Source of the DNA: Candidatus Latescibacterota bacterium
GTDB lineage: Bacteria; Latescibacterota; UBA2968
Reading direction: 5' to 3'
Assembly: GCA_965207885.1 (NCBI GenBank)
Contig: OZ242311.1
Span: forward strand, 3,072,001-3,136,000
DNA: 64,000 nucleotides
Below are positions 19,354 through 29,239 of this stretch, in pieces. The translations under genes were made by a program, and so were the position numbers. How positions within the stretch are numbered: position 1 is the stretch's first letter; the number at the start of each line of letters is the position of its first letter. The notes beneath the pieces were generated by a model. That model worked only from the letters and a program-made list of their open reading frames with translations, searched no databases and had not been told where the DNA came from.

Positions 19354-21471
19354 ATGATAGCAAAAGTAGAGCTTGAATATGCTGGTCGTCCGCTGACCAT
19401 TGAAACGGGTCGGGTGGCCAAACAGTCACATGGGGCGGTGTGGATGCAGTACGGAGAAACCATTGTGTTGGTAGCTGCCGTTTCCGATAACAAACCTTCG
19501 GATTTTGATTTTTTTCCGCTTCAAGTCGATTATCGCGAAAAAATGTATGCTGGAGGGCGCATTCCCGGCAACTTTTTTAAGCGAGAAGGCGCACCTTCAA
19601 CAACGGAAAAATTGCATGCGCGTTTAATCGATCATCAAATCAGACCCCTATTCCCGGGGGCTTATGATTTTGAAACTCAGGTTTATGTCACTGTATTGTC
19701 TTTTGATGGTGAAAATGATCCTGCAGTGCTCTCAATGACAGGTGCTTCGGCTGCACTATGCATTTCTGATATTCCGTTTGACGGCCCCATTGGCGCTGTG
19801 TGCGTTGGACGAGTCGATGGAGAATTTGTGGTCAACCCCACACTTTCCCAACTCGAAGAAAGCGATGTCCACCTGATGGTATCGGGCAATCGCGAGTCCA
19901 TTATTTCAGTTGAAGGCGATTTTCACGAAGTAGCTGACGGTGATGTCGTAGAAGCACTGCGCGTCGCCCATCAAGGCATTGTACAACTGATTGAATTACA
20001 GGATGATCTGATTTCCCGTGTCGGGAAAGCCAAGCGGTCTTACGACGAGCCCGAAGAAAACGAGGCTCTTGTCACTGCTGTTGCCGAACGCGCTTCAGAG
20101 CAGATTCACGCAGCCAATCGCATGCCGGACAAGGGGGCGCGTGCAGAGACATTGTCCGCAATCCGCGCCGAGGTGCGAGAAGCACTTGCAGAAGACTTTG
20201 AAGATAGTGAAATTGGCGGTGAAATCGATCGGTTGATCAAAAAGGATATGCGCGCGATGATCCTTGCGGAAAATCAGCGCATTGATGGGCGCGATCTCAA
20301 CCAGGTTCGGCCCATTGACATTGATCTAAGTGTATTGCCTCGCGCACACGGGTCCGGTATTTTTACGCGCGGGCAGACGCAGGCTTTGTGCATTGCGACA
20401 CTTGGGAGCAAGATGGACACCCGAATGGTAGATGATCTCGAAGGCAAATCGTTCAAGAGCTTTATGCTCGATTACAACTTCCCCAACTACAGTGTTGGCG
20501 AAACGGGGCGGATCGCAGCGCCTGGCCGTCGTGAAATCGGTCACGGTGTATTGGCTGAAAAGGCACTTGAGCCTGTTGTGCCCAGTGAAGACCATTTCCC
20601 ATATACAATCCGGCTGGTTTCTGAGATTTTAGAATCCAACAGTTCATCTTCAATGGCCACGGTGTGTGGGGGTTCTCTCGCTTTGATGGATGCAGGCGTA
20701 CCCATTAAAAGCCATGTTGCAGGGGCTGGTGTAGGGCTGGTCATGGAAGGGGATCAGTGGGCGGTTCTCACAGATATTTTAGGCGAAGAAGATCATTTGG
20801 GCGATATGGACCTCAAAATAGCGGGAACGCGATCGGGTCTGACGGCGATTCAGATGGATATCAAGATCGGTGGGATAAGTTTTGAAATCCTCAATACGGC
20901 ATTTGCTCGTGCCCGAGACGCATTAAACCACATTCTCGGTCTTATGGAAGAAGCTATTTCCGCGCCGAGAACGAGCTTGTCGGAATACGCTCCGCGCATT
21001 TTGTCCATCCGGATTGATCCAGCAAAAATCGGTGCGGTTATTGGCCCGGGTGGGAAGACCATTCGCAGCATTGAAGAGACAGGCGCAACGGTTTCAGTCG
21101 AGGATGATGGGCTGGTTACTGTCACTTCTTTAGACGCGCAAGCCGGTGAAACCGCAATGGGCATGGTTGAAGCTCTCGTCGAAGAGCCAGAGGTTGGGCG
21201 AATCTATGATGGTACAGTACGCCGCATCACGGACTTTGGCGCATTTGTCGAAATATTGCCCGGCAAGGATGGGCTTTGCCATATTTCCGAGCTTGAACAT
21301 CACCGGGTGCGCAAGGTAAACGACGTACTCAGTGAAGGCGAAAAAGTTCAGGTCAAAGTGATCGCTATCGACGATCAGGGCAAAATTCGACTGAGCCGCA
21401 AAGTACTTATCGACAAACCCAATGGTGATTCAAATCAGCAGGGCAGGCAGCGCGCGCCCCGAAGATCGTGA
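19354..21471 (+). CDS. pnp: Polyribonucleotide nucleotidyltransferase
   Basis: AGAGGAG RBS; FFPL.VDY.E, FTRGQTQ, RREIGHG, TDILG.ED..GDMD motifs; KH and S1 domains. Confidence 0.96.
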   Translation: MIAKVELEYAGRPLTIETGRVAKQSHGAVWMQYGETIVLVAAVSDNKPSDFDFFPLQVDYREKMYAGGRIPGNFFKREGAPSTTEKLHARLIDHQIRPLFPGAYDFETQVYVTVLSFDGENDPAVLSMTGASAALCISDIPFDGPIGAVCVGRVDGEFVVNPTLSQLEESDVHLMVSGNRESIISVEGDFHEVADGDVVEALRVAHQGIVQLIELQDDLISRVGKAKRSYDEPEENEALVTAVAERASEQIHAANRMPDKGARAETLSAIRAEVREALAEDFEDSEIGGEIDRLIKKDMRAMILAENQRIDGRDLNQVRPIDIDLSVLPRAHGSGIFTRGQTQALCIATLGSKMDTRMVDDLEGKSFKSFMLDYNFPNYSVGETGRIAAPGRREIGHGVLAEKALEPVVPSEDHFPYTIRLVSEILESNSSSSMATVCGGSLALMDAGVPIKSHVAGAGVGLVMEGDQWAVLTDILGEEDHLGDMDLKIAGTRSGLTAIQMDIKIGGISFEILNTAFARARDALNHILGLMEEAISAPRTSLSEYAPRILSIRIDPAKIGAVIGPGGKTIRSIEETGATVSVEDDGLVTVTSLDAQAGETAMGMVEALVEEPEVGRIYDGTVRRITDFGAFVEILPGKDGLCHISELEHHRVRKVNDVLSEGEKVQVKVIAIDDQGKIRLSRKVLIDKPNGDSNQQGRQRAPRRS

Positions 21472-21564
21472 GATTTGCATACACGCGGAAAAAACACAAG
21501 GCGATCGGTGGGCAAGCAGTGATACCCGGTCGTCTTTCGTTTTTTTACTCTCAGGGAACAATAT

Positions 21565-22860
21565 ATGCCAGATATCATCAGGATAAACGACGTAAGTGCA
21601 TGGGAAGATAAAGAAGTTGTGATCGCGGGATGGCTGTACAACAAACGGTCAAGTGGAAAATTGCACTTTCTTCAGATCAGAGATGGCGCTGGTACGATTC
21701 AGTGCGTGGTGTTTCAGGGCGATGTATCGCCAGACGTTTTTGAAAAGGCATCAGACCTGGGGCAAGAGTCGGCCCTTCGCGTGACGGGGGTGGTTCGGGC
21801 CGATGCGCGTTCGCCCATTGGCTTTGAAATTGGCGTCAGCGATATCGAAATTGTGCATCGCGCAGAGGATTATCCGATTACGCCCAAAGAACACGGCACG
21901 GCATTTCTGATGGATCATCGCCATTTGTGGCTGCGCTCATCGCGTCAACATGCCATTTTAAGCGTGCGTGCTGAAATTGTCAAAGCCTGTCGCGATTATT
22001 ACGACAATAATGGCTTCACACTTGTTGACGCGCCTATTTTTACACCGTCGTCCTGCGAAGGTACCAGCACGCTTTTTGAAACCGATTATTTCGATGAGAA
22101 AGCATATCTGACACAGAGTGGTCAGCTATATATGGAAGCTGCAGCTATGGCGTTTGGAAAGGTGTACTGTTTTGGACCGACCTTTCGAGCTGAGAAATCC
22201 AAGACGCGGCGTCATTTGACCGAATTCTGGATGGTCGAGCCAGAGGTGGCCTATATGGACCTATCGGGTAATATGGATCTGGCGGAAGACTTTATTTGTT
22301 GTGTTGTTCAGCGCGTGGTAGAAACCTGTCGGTCTGAACTTGTGACTTTGCAACGCGATCTTGCGCCCCTACAGCGGGTGAAAAAACCATTTCCCAGGAT
22401 ATCTTATTCGGATGCACATGAGTTGCTAAAAGATGCGGGTCGCAATCACACCTGGGGGGAGGATTTTGGTGCTGAGGATGAAACCGTGTTGGCCAATGCA
22501 CACGATCGCCCCGTGATTGTGCATCGATATCCGGCAGCTTGCAAAGCTTTTTATATGAAGGGGGATCCGAAAGATTCCCAACTGGCATTGTGTATGGATG
22601 TGTTGGCTCCCGAAGGATATGGAGAAATCGTCGGTGGGGGGCAGCGCGAGGACGATCTGGAGGTCTTGCGGCGGAAGCTCGCCGAACACGGTCTTGACGA
22701 GGCGCCGTTCCAGTGGTACCTGGACCTCAGGCACTATGGATCGGTGCCACATTCCGGTTTTGGATTGGGTATTGAGCGTACAGTCGCGTGGATATGCGGA
22801 TTATCCCATGTCCGCGAGACGATTCCATTTCCTCGGCTTTTGCAAAGATTATATCCTTAG
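21565..22860 (+). CDS. asnS: Asparagine--tRNA ligase
   Basis: OB anticodon domain; [28 protein letters not shown] and [10 protein letters not shown] motifs. Confidence 0.93.
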   Translation: MPDIIRINDVSAWEDKEVVIAGWLYNKRSSGKLHFLQIRDGAGTIQCVVFQGDVSPDVFEKASDLGQESALRVTGVVRADARSPIGFEIGVSDIEIVHRAEDYPITPKEHGTAFLMDHRHLWLRSSRQHAILSVRAEIVKACRDYYDNNGFTLVDAPIFTPSSCEGTSTLFETDYFDEKAYLTQSGQLYMEAAAMAFGKVYCFGPTFRAEKSKTRRHLTEFWMVEPEVAYMDLSGNMDLAEDFICCVVQRVVETCRSELVTLQRDLAPLQRVKKPFPRISYSDAHELLKDAGRNHTWGEDFGAEDETVLANAHDRPVIVHRYPAACKAFYMKGDPKDSQLALCMDVLAPEGYGEIVGGGQREDDLEVLRRKLAEHGLDEAPFQWYLDLRHYGSVPHSGFGLGIERTVAWICGLSHVRETIPFPRLLQRLYP

Positions 22861-22873
22861 GAGTTGTATTTCA

Positions 22874-25312
22874 ATGGCTTACGAGTTTGCTGAAATTGAA
22901 AAAAAATGGCGTCAACGCTGGGAAGATACTGGTCTGTACCGCAGTGAAATCGATTCCTGCCGCCCCAAGCACTATGCTTTGACCATGTTGCCTTATACTT
23001 CGGGCGACCTCCACATTGGTCACTGGTATGCGATTGCTCCCTCTGATGTTCGGGCGCGATATATGCGAATGAAGGGACACAATGTACTGTTTCCCATTGG
23101 TTTTGATGCTTTTGGATTGCCCGCTGAAAACGCCGCAATCCAACGGGGTATTCACCCGGCCAAATGGACTCTGGACAATGTGGAACGCATGCGCGAACAA
23201 CTGAAAACAATGGGTGCGATGTTTGACTGGACGCGCGAAGCGATCACCTGTTTGCCCGAATATTACAGATGGACGCAGTGGTTATTCCTCAAATTTTACG
23301 CCAATGGTCTGGCTTATCGAGAGAAAGCCCCCGTTGATTGGTGCCCACAGTGCAATACGACCCTGGCTCGAGAGCAAGTTTGGGGGGAGGATCGGCACTG
23401 CGAACGGTGTGACACACCCGTAATTAAAAAGGACCTGGACCAATGGCTATTTCGGATTACCCGATATGCTGAGGAGTTACTCGATTTTTCAGAAATTGTA
23501 TGGCCTGACCGCGTGCAGACCATGCAGGAGAATTGGATTGGAAGGAGTGAGGGCGTTGAATTTGAAATGCGCGTCAAAAATTCAGAGTCATCGTTTCGCG
23601 CGTTCACAACGCGCCCAGATACCATTTTTGGCATGTCTTTTGCGGTTTTAGCCCCCGAACATCCACTGGTCGATGAGATAACCGCACCCGAGCAACGGGA
23701 AGTTGTTAAAGCATATTGTACAAAAGCCAGCCGTCAGTCGGAGATCGAGCGTCTTTCTGCGGATAAAGAACAGGATGGGGTTTTCACTGGTGCTTATGCA
23801 ATTAATCCCATGAACAATGCCGATGTACCCATTTACATCGCCGACTATGTGTTGCTCCAATATGGTACAGGAGCCATTATGGCTGTGCCCGCACACGATG
23901 AACGCGATTTCGATTTTGCCAAAAAGTATGGGTTGTCCATTCCCGTTGTGATTGCCCCGGATGATTGGGACGGTGGAGCACTCACCGAGCCATATACCGA
24001 TGCGGGACGTATGGTAAATTCGGGACAATTCGATGGTTTGTCCTCGCAAGATGGAAAAGATGCCGTGGCCGATGACCTCGAATCCCGAGGCATTGGCGAG
24101 CAAAAAGTCAATTATCGCCTTCACGATTGGCTGATTTCTCGTCAGCGTTATTGGGGGTGTCCGATACCGATTATTTACTGTGATACATGTGGCATTATTC
24201 CCGTGCCAGAACATGATTTACCTGTAATGCTACCCGATGATGCAGAATTTCTGCCCACGGGTGAATCTCCTCTAAAATATCACGAAGGTTTTCTACACAC
24301 GACCTGTCCAAAATGTGGTGCTTCAGCGCAGCGCGAGACGGATACTATGGACACGTTTATGTGTTCTTCGTGGTATCAATATCGATATTTAAGCCCACAT
24401 TATGATGCGGGGCCTTTTGAACCTCATGAAGGTGAATACTGGTTGCCTGTTGATCAATATACAGGGGGTATAGAACACGCGACCATGCATCTGCTCTACA
24501 CGCGTTTTTTCACCAAAGCCATGCGCGATATGGACCTCGTCAGTGATGATGAACCGATGACGCGCTTGTTTAATCAGGGCATTATTCTGGGTGAAGATCG
24601 AGAAAGAATGAGCAAGTCGAGGGGTAATGTTGTCAATCCCGATGATTTGATTGTGCAGTATGGAACAGATTGCATTCGGGCTTATGTGATGTTTCTGGGG
24701 CGGTGGGAACAGGGAGGTCCCTGGAATTCATCGAGCCTGGAAGGCATTCCGAGATTCTTAAACCGGGTGTGGCGTCTCGTTGTTGAAAATGGCACTCCGG
24801 CAAAGGGCGACCCCACGCAAGAATCCCAGGATAATTTGCGGCGTTTAACACATCAGACCATCCGCAAGGTGTCTGAAGATTTTGAAACCTTTGGGTTTAA
24901 TACAGCACTTGCTGCGCTCATGACGTTTAGCAATGGTTTGTCGGCGGCTCAAAATACGCCTGTTGTGCATACGGAAGCGTGGAAAGAAGCCATTGAAACG
25001 CTTGTCTTGATCCTGGCGCCTATAACGCCGCATCTCTCCGAAGAGCTTTGGTCGCACATTGGGGGAGAGTACAGCGTTCATCAACAGAATTGGCCCGAAT
25101 GGGACGAAAATCTCGCTCGACCAGCAACGATTGAGATGCCGGTTCAGGTCAATGGCAAAGTCCGTGCGCGCATGGAAGTTGAGGTTGATGCAGGGCCGGA
25201 AGAGATTGAAAGTATAGCTCTGGAACAGCCGAATGTACAAGTGCATGTCCAGGATCAAACGCCCAAAAAGATAATCGTCATTCCCAATCGGCTGGTCAAT
25301 ATTGTGGTGTAA
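22874..25312 (+). CDS. leuS: Leucine--tRNA ligase
   Basis: LHIGH, editing domain (FTTRPDT, GTGAIMAVPAHDERD), DW.ISRQRYWG, RMSKS and VQVNGK.R motifs. Confidence 0.96.
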   Translation: MAYEFAEIEKKWRQRWEDTGLYRSEIDSCRPKHYALTMLPYTSGDLHIGHWYAIAPSDVRARYMRMKGHNVLFPIGFDAFGLPAENAAIQRGIHPAKWTLDNVERMREQLKTMGAMFDWTREAITCLPEYYRWTQWLFLKFYANGLAYREKAPVDWCPQCNTTLAREQVWGEDRHCERCDTPVIKKDLDQWLFRITRYAEELLDFSEIVWPDRVQTMQENWIGRSEGVEFEMRVKNSESSFRAFTTRPDTIFGMSFAVLAPEHPLVDEITAPEQREVVKAYCTKASRQSEIERLSADKEQDGVFTGAYAINPMNNADVPIYIADYVLLQYGTGAIMAVPAHDERDFDFAKKYGLSIPVVIAPDDWDGGALTEPYTDAGRMVNSGQFDGLSSQDGKDAVADDLESRGIGEQKVNYRLHDWLISRQRYWGCPIPIIYCDTCGIIPVPEHDLPVMLPDDAEFLPTGESPLKYHEGFLHTTCPKCGASAQRETDTMDTFMCSSWYQYRYLSPHYDAGPFEPHEGEYWLPVDQYTGGIEHATMHLLYTRFFTKAMRDMDLVSDDEPMTRLFNQGIILGEDRERMSKSRGNVVNPDDLIVQYGTDCIRAYVMFLGRWEQGGPWNSSSLEGIPRFLNRVWRLVVENGTPAKGDPTQESQDNLRRLTHQTIRKVSEDFETFGFNTALAALMTFSNGLSAAQNTPVVHTEAWKEAIETLVLILAPITPHLSEELWSHIGGEYSVHQQNWPEWDENLARPATIEMPVQVNGKVRARMEVEVDAGPEEIESIALEQPNVQVHVQDQTPKKIIVIPNRLVNIVV

Positions 25313-25335
25313 CTGACGTTACATAACGAATGTGC

Positions 25336-25370
25336 AAAAAAGAGACAGGTTTTCACCTGTCTCTTTTTTT
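25336..25370. terminator. Bidirectional terminator between convergent leuS and gcvT
   Basis: A-run, GAGACAGGT/ACCTGTCTC stem, T-run. Confidence 0.85.
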
Positions 25371-25390
25371 ATCTATTATTTTATAGATAG

Positions 25391-26482
25391 TTATCGCTTG
25401 AAAAATGGTCGGGGAACAATCCGCGCTTTGAGGGTGTGGTTTCGGATTGCAATGGCGAGTTCTGTTCCAATTTCTGAATGGTTGGGCGGGACATAACCCA
25501 TTGCGATATTTTTTTTCAGATAAGGCGCGGCTGTACCACTGGTGACTTTGCCAATTGCATTTCCCGAATGATCCAGGATTTCGTAACCGTGGCGGGGGAT
25601 GCCGCGGTCGATCATTTCAAGCATGACAAGTGTTTTTGTGAGGCCATCAGCGCGCTGTTGCTCAAGGGCGTCAGAACCAGAGAATCCGCCCGCCTGTGAG
25701 ACGAACCGATCCAGCCCGGCTTCTAATGGTGTTGTTGCTTCGTCGAGTTCCTGTCCGTAGAGGGGGAGAGAGGCTTCGACGCGGAGTGTATCCCGCGCGC
25801 CCAATCCTGCAGGTGATACATCGGGTGATGCGATGAGGGCATTCCAGATTGCCGCTGCATCTTCTGTTCGCGTAAATATCTCAAAACCATTCATTCCTTC
25901 GCCAGTATATCCCGTGCGGGCAATGTGAACGGGTATTCCCACAAGTTCTACTTTGCGAATGCGAAAAAAACCGATTTCAGAGAGGTTCCGATTTGCGATA
26001 GGGGAGAGTACAGCCTCCGCTTTTGGTCCTTGAAGCGCGAGAAGGGCAAATTTTTCACTGCGATTGGCTACTTGAACATTATCAAAGGATTTTGCGACTG
26101 CCTGGACATGTTTCCAGTCTTTATCGATATTTGCGGCATTTACGACGATCAGATATGTCGTTTTGCCGAGGCGGTAAACGATAATGTCGTCAATTGCGCC
26201 GCCATTTTTGTTGAGAAATAGAGAATACTGTCCGCGCCCAATGCCGATGCGGTCTATGTCATTGGCAGTTAGAAATTGGACCAGTTTTTTGGCTCCTTTA
26301 CCTTTAAATTCAAATTCTCCCATGTGCGAGACATCAAAAAGTCCGGCTTTTGATCGCACCGCTTGATGTTCCGCGACGATCCCCTCGTATTGTACCGGCA
26401 TTTCCCATCCGCCAAATGGAACCATTCGGGCGTTAATTTTGTGATGTATTTCGTTTAGTGGGGTTTTTTTAAAGTTTTCCAA
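25391..26482 (-). CDS. gcvT: Glycine cleavage system aminomethyltransferase T
   Basis: FGGWEMPVQY, FDVSHMGE, RTGYTGE and GLGARDTLR.EA motifs; TTG start after GAGGAG. Confidence 0.94.
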   Translation of the reverse strand: MENFKKTPLNEIHHKINARMVPFGGWEMPVQYEGIVAEHQAVRSKAGLFDVSHMGEFEFKGKGAKKLVQFLTANDIDRIGIGRGQYSLFLNKNGGAIDDIIVYRLGKTTYLIVVNAANIDKDWKHVQAVAKSFDNVQVANRSEKFALLALQGPKAEAVLSPIANRNLSEIGFFRIRKVELVGIPVHIARTGYTGEGMNGFEIFTRTEDAAAIWNALIASPDVSPAGLGARDTLRVEASLPLYGQELDEATTPLEAGLDRFVSQAGGFSGSDALEQQRADGLTKTLVMLEMIDRGIPRHGYEILDHSGNAIGKVTSGTAAPYLKKNIAMGYVPPNHSEIGTELAIAIRNHTLKARIVPRPFFKR

Positions 26483-26742
26483 CTATTTTCTCCTCTTTTT
26501 GTTTTAAATTTCAGTTTTCTCTCTCCCGGTCCTTTCAGGTCCTTGTTTTTTAAATTTGTTCCACTCCTGTTTTTATCGTCAGTTTTGATCCTATTTTTTC
26601 GTTTTTCCCCGTGTTTTTTGAAATATCCAGTTTTTTTTAGTTTCAGAACATTTATTTTTTAAAAATCCGTGTTAAAATGCGTCTTTCTTAAAAAAATAAC
26701 AAAAATTCGCTATTTGTGCGCTATTTTTCGTTATTTCACCCC

Positions 26743-26771
26743 TTGACAATATGGAAAAATAATACTAATTT
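26743..26771 (+). promoter_or_regulatory. Sigma70-like promoter of the HTH/coiled-coil gene
   Basis: Exact TTGACA at 26743, TAATTT 17 nt downstream, and a GGGAGG RBS before ATG 26821. Confidence 0.6.
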
Positions 26772-26820
26772 AATGGAAAATTATTGTAAATAAATTGGAA
26801 TTTAAAAAGGGAGGAAAGAG

Positions 26821-27423
26821 ATGGAAAATTATGGAATTACTGAGGCTGCAAAAATTCTTAAAGTTACTGATAAAACAATAAGAAATTACATAAATAGAGG
26901 TTTTTTAAAGCCCGAAAAATGGAATGGAACCTGGCGTATATCCAGAGGTGAAATTGAGGAATTATTTAAGAAAAAATTTGGAAAAAAAATGATAGAAAAC
27001 CAGATTAACTTGAGCCATAATCTGGATCAAATTCTCGTCGAAAAATCCGAATTTGAAGCTCAACAACAGCAATTGGGAAAATTGGCAGCGATCGAAACAG
27101 TTGAAAGGGAACTGAGAGCGGAAATTCGCAATATAAATGAACGCAATGCACAATTAGAGGCTTCATCAGCCTCTGGATGGACGGAAGCACGGGCGTTGAA
27201 AGAAGAACTGGAAAAAACACGAGAAGAGCTGAATATGGCGGAAGAAAGGGGAAAAAAAGCAGAACAAGACGCAAATTGGCTGCGCAGACAACAAAAAGAA
27301 GTGGAAATAACCGCTCAGAAAAGCGCTGAAACGATTCAAAAACTCCGCGAAGAGAATCAACGGCTGTCAGATCTGTTATATCAACGGGCTCTTGGACTTG
27401 GGCGCGCGGATGTGAGAGATTAG
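26821..27423 (+). CDS. Excisionase/MerR-like winged-HTH protein with long C-terminal coiled coil
   Basis: YGITEAAKILKVTDKTIRNYI.RG.L......WRI (HTH_17/Xis-like), followed by about 120 aa of E/K/Q/R-rich heptads. Confidence 0.8.
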   Translation: MENYGITEAAKILKVTDKTIRNYINRGFLKPEKWNGTWRISRGEIEELFKKKFGKKMIENQINLSHNLDQILVEKSEFEAQQQQLGKLAAIETVERELRAEIRNINERNAQLEASSASGWTEARALKEELEKTREELNMAEERGKKAEQDANWLRRQQKEVEITAQKSAETIQKLREENQRLSDLLYQRALGLGRADVRD

Positions 27424-27520
27424 CACCACAAACACCAGTAAAATGAAATAATAGGTATTACATCAAGCCTTGATATAAGGATGGGTATTATACAGCAGTT
27501 TTAGGCTGATTTTGGTAGTA

Positions 27521-27548
27521 AGTTTACATAATGTATCTTATGCCGTAA
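27521..27548 (-). other. dif-like XerC/XerD recombination site (probable chromosome terminus)
   Basis: Minus strand TTACGGCATAA-GATACA-TTATGTAAACT has the 11-6-11 layout of E. coli dif (GGTGCGCATAA-TGTATA-TTATGTTAAAT). It is intergenic and sits where gene orientation converges. Confidence 0.8.
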
Positions 27549-27632
27549 TTTTTACTGTGATTTTCTATCGCGTCATAACATCCGTAAATCAGGCCGTTGG
27601 GTCTATTTGGGAACCTCATGGTTTTTTCCTTA

Positions 27633-27680
27633 AAAACAAAATCCCTGAGAAGCGTTTTTCTGCTCCCCAGGGATTTGTTT
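27633..27680. terminator. Probable terminator between convergent genes
   Basis: Imperfect stem AAACAAAATCCCTG...CAGGGATTTGTTT. Confidence 0.5.
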
Positions 27681-27716
27681 GAAAAAATAGTATTGTGCCA
27701 AATTCAAAGATTTGCG

Positions 27717-28379
27717 CTAATCTATCTCAATACCCATCATGTTCAATTGCCCGCGTGCAAATCTCGTGACAGACGACTCATTGTATTCTTTGACGATCTT
27801 TTGATACGCCTCACTCGCTTGCTGGGGCATTTTGCCGAGTTCGTAACATCTGCCGGCTTCCTTCAGGGCTATCGGTGCAAAAGGCGATCCGGGTTGCGCT
27901 TCGGCAAAAGCTGTGAACTGTTGACCTGCTTCGGCGAATTCTCCTTCGCTTTCAAGACAGGACGCCAAACCCGACCAGGCACCATACCCCAATGGTCCAT
28001 CTACTGGGTATTCATCCAGATATTGCTGAAAATATGTGCGGGCCTCTGGAATGCGACCTTCTTCATAATGCAAATTGGCCAGAGCCATCAGTGCTTCGCC
28101 CGCTTCGGCTTCGCCTGCGTAGGTTTCCATTACTTCTTGAGATGAGGCAATCGCATCTTCTACGCGCCCTTCATAAAGTGCGATATAAACGTCTCCGAGA
28201 GCTATGCGAGCCGCGTCTGCGCGTTGTGTTTGTCCGCGATAAAAAAACAGGACAATCAACGCGGCGACAATGGCAATGCCAAATCCCGTGAGGATTCTGA
28301 TATAATTTGCTTCAATCTGGCCCCAGACCCTGAGAAACCAGACCAGTATGTCTTCTTGTTGCGGCTGTGGTTGCTGCAT
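27717..28379 (-). CDS. Membrane-anchored TPR protein (YfgM-like)
   Basis: Single N-terminal TM helix followed by TPR repeats (A...F....YP pattern). Confidence 0.75.
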   Translation of the reverse strand: MQQPQPQQEDILVWFLRVWGQIEANYIRILTGFGIAIVAALIVLFFYRGQTQRADAARIALGDVYIALYEGRVEDAIASSQEVMETYAGEAEAGEALMALANLHYEEGRIPEARTYFQQYLDEYPVDGPLGYGAWSGLASCLESEGEFAEAGQQFTAFAEAQPGSPFAPIALKEAGRCYELGKMPQQASEAYQKIVKEYNESSVTRFARGQLNMMGIEID

Positions 28380-28467
28380 AGAGGTTCTCCTCCCCTACCC
28401 TGTTATGAGATATTAAAGTGATAAGGTGAACAAGGTATATAAATCGCGCAATTTGGGCAAGAGAAAG

Positions 28468-28497
28468 AAAAAAACCGTTCTATAAGAGCGGTTTTTT
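28468..28497 (-). terminator. Terminator ending the transporter operon
   Basis: AAAAACCG.TCT/AGA.CGGTTTTT hairpin with a T-run on the minus strand, just after the stop at 28505. Confidence 0.7.
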
Positions 28498-28504
28498 GGA
28501 GTAA

Positions 28505-29239
28505 TCACAGTAGTTTTTCGCGCTCTATCATTCGTCTCAGAGCCAGAAAAATAAACAATATGCCCAGAATCGCAATGCCCGCACGGTTTAAGACCACGCG
28601 ATTTATCCACAGGCTGGTATCTAAATCTGAAGGCGGATCAAATGGCTTGAGAAAAAGGTAATACGATGTCTCTTCAAATATCTCCGTAGAAAGCAAAATC
28701 GCAATCAAAAGTCCCACGGCGAGCATGCCAGCCGCATTGCCACTGCGGAACAAAACAGAAAACAAAAATGTGGCTCCCACCATAAAGAAGGCGGGGATAC
28801 ATGCATTCAATCCGCCTAGAAGGTAGGGGAATTCCGCAAAAAAATAGTAGGAAATCGTGCTCATTGCCATCAGCGTGATAAATAGTGCAGCACTGATCGA
28901 CACAATTCTCACGGCCCACGTCGCGTAGTGGCTGACCGCCGTGCTGAAAAGAATTTCAAGCGTATCATTATCCCGCTCCCCCGACACCAGATCCATCGTC
29001 AGGTAAATCGCAAGCACCGTGCCCGGTACTTCAACCAATACATGGAGGGCTTGTTCGACTGAAAGCCCTTCACCCGGACGCCAGATTGCAATCGCGTACA
29101 AAATTGCGTAATACGCGACAATCCCGCCAAACATAAAAATCATTTTGCGGTGAAACACGATTCTCATGCTCAGGCTGTGCAATTTGCCTACGAAAAAGAG
29201 CAACTCACGCCATGTTAGACTGTTTGTATTCATCGCCAT
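28505..29239 (-). CDS. ABC-2 type transporter permease
   Basis: About 6 TM helices and a DLVSGERDNDTLEILFS coupling motif; start overlaps the end of the upstream fusion gene. Confidence 0.8.
   Translation of the reverse strand: MAMNTNSLTWRELLFFVGKLHSLSMRIVFHRKMIFMFGGIVAYYAILYAIAIWRPGEGLSVEQALHVLVEVPGTVLAIYLTMDLVSGERDNDTLEILFSTAVSHYATWAVRIVSISAALFITLMAMSTISYYFFAEFPYLLGGLNACIPAFFMVGATFLFSVLFRSGNAAGMLAVGLLIAILLSTEIFEETSYYLFLKPFDPPSDLDTSLWINRVVLNRAGIAILGILFIFLALRRMIEREKLL

Noticed and set aside
26483-26640. Glycine riboswitch upstream of gcvT
   Set aside because: The CTTTCAGG motif is on the wrong strand, and I could not build the GGAGA...CCGAAG aptamer core on the gcvT strand.
27717-28379. TPR gene as a seventh member of the RND-ABC operon
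   Set aside because: A terminator-like hairpin (28468-28497) separates it from the operon. A functional link is possible but unsupported here.
26483-28611. Replication origin (AT-rich tract plus TTATCCACA at 28603)
   Set aside because: The single DnaA-box match is inside a CDS. Convergent genes, the G-to-C skew direction and dif all point to a terminus.
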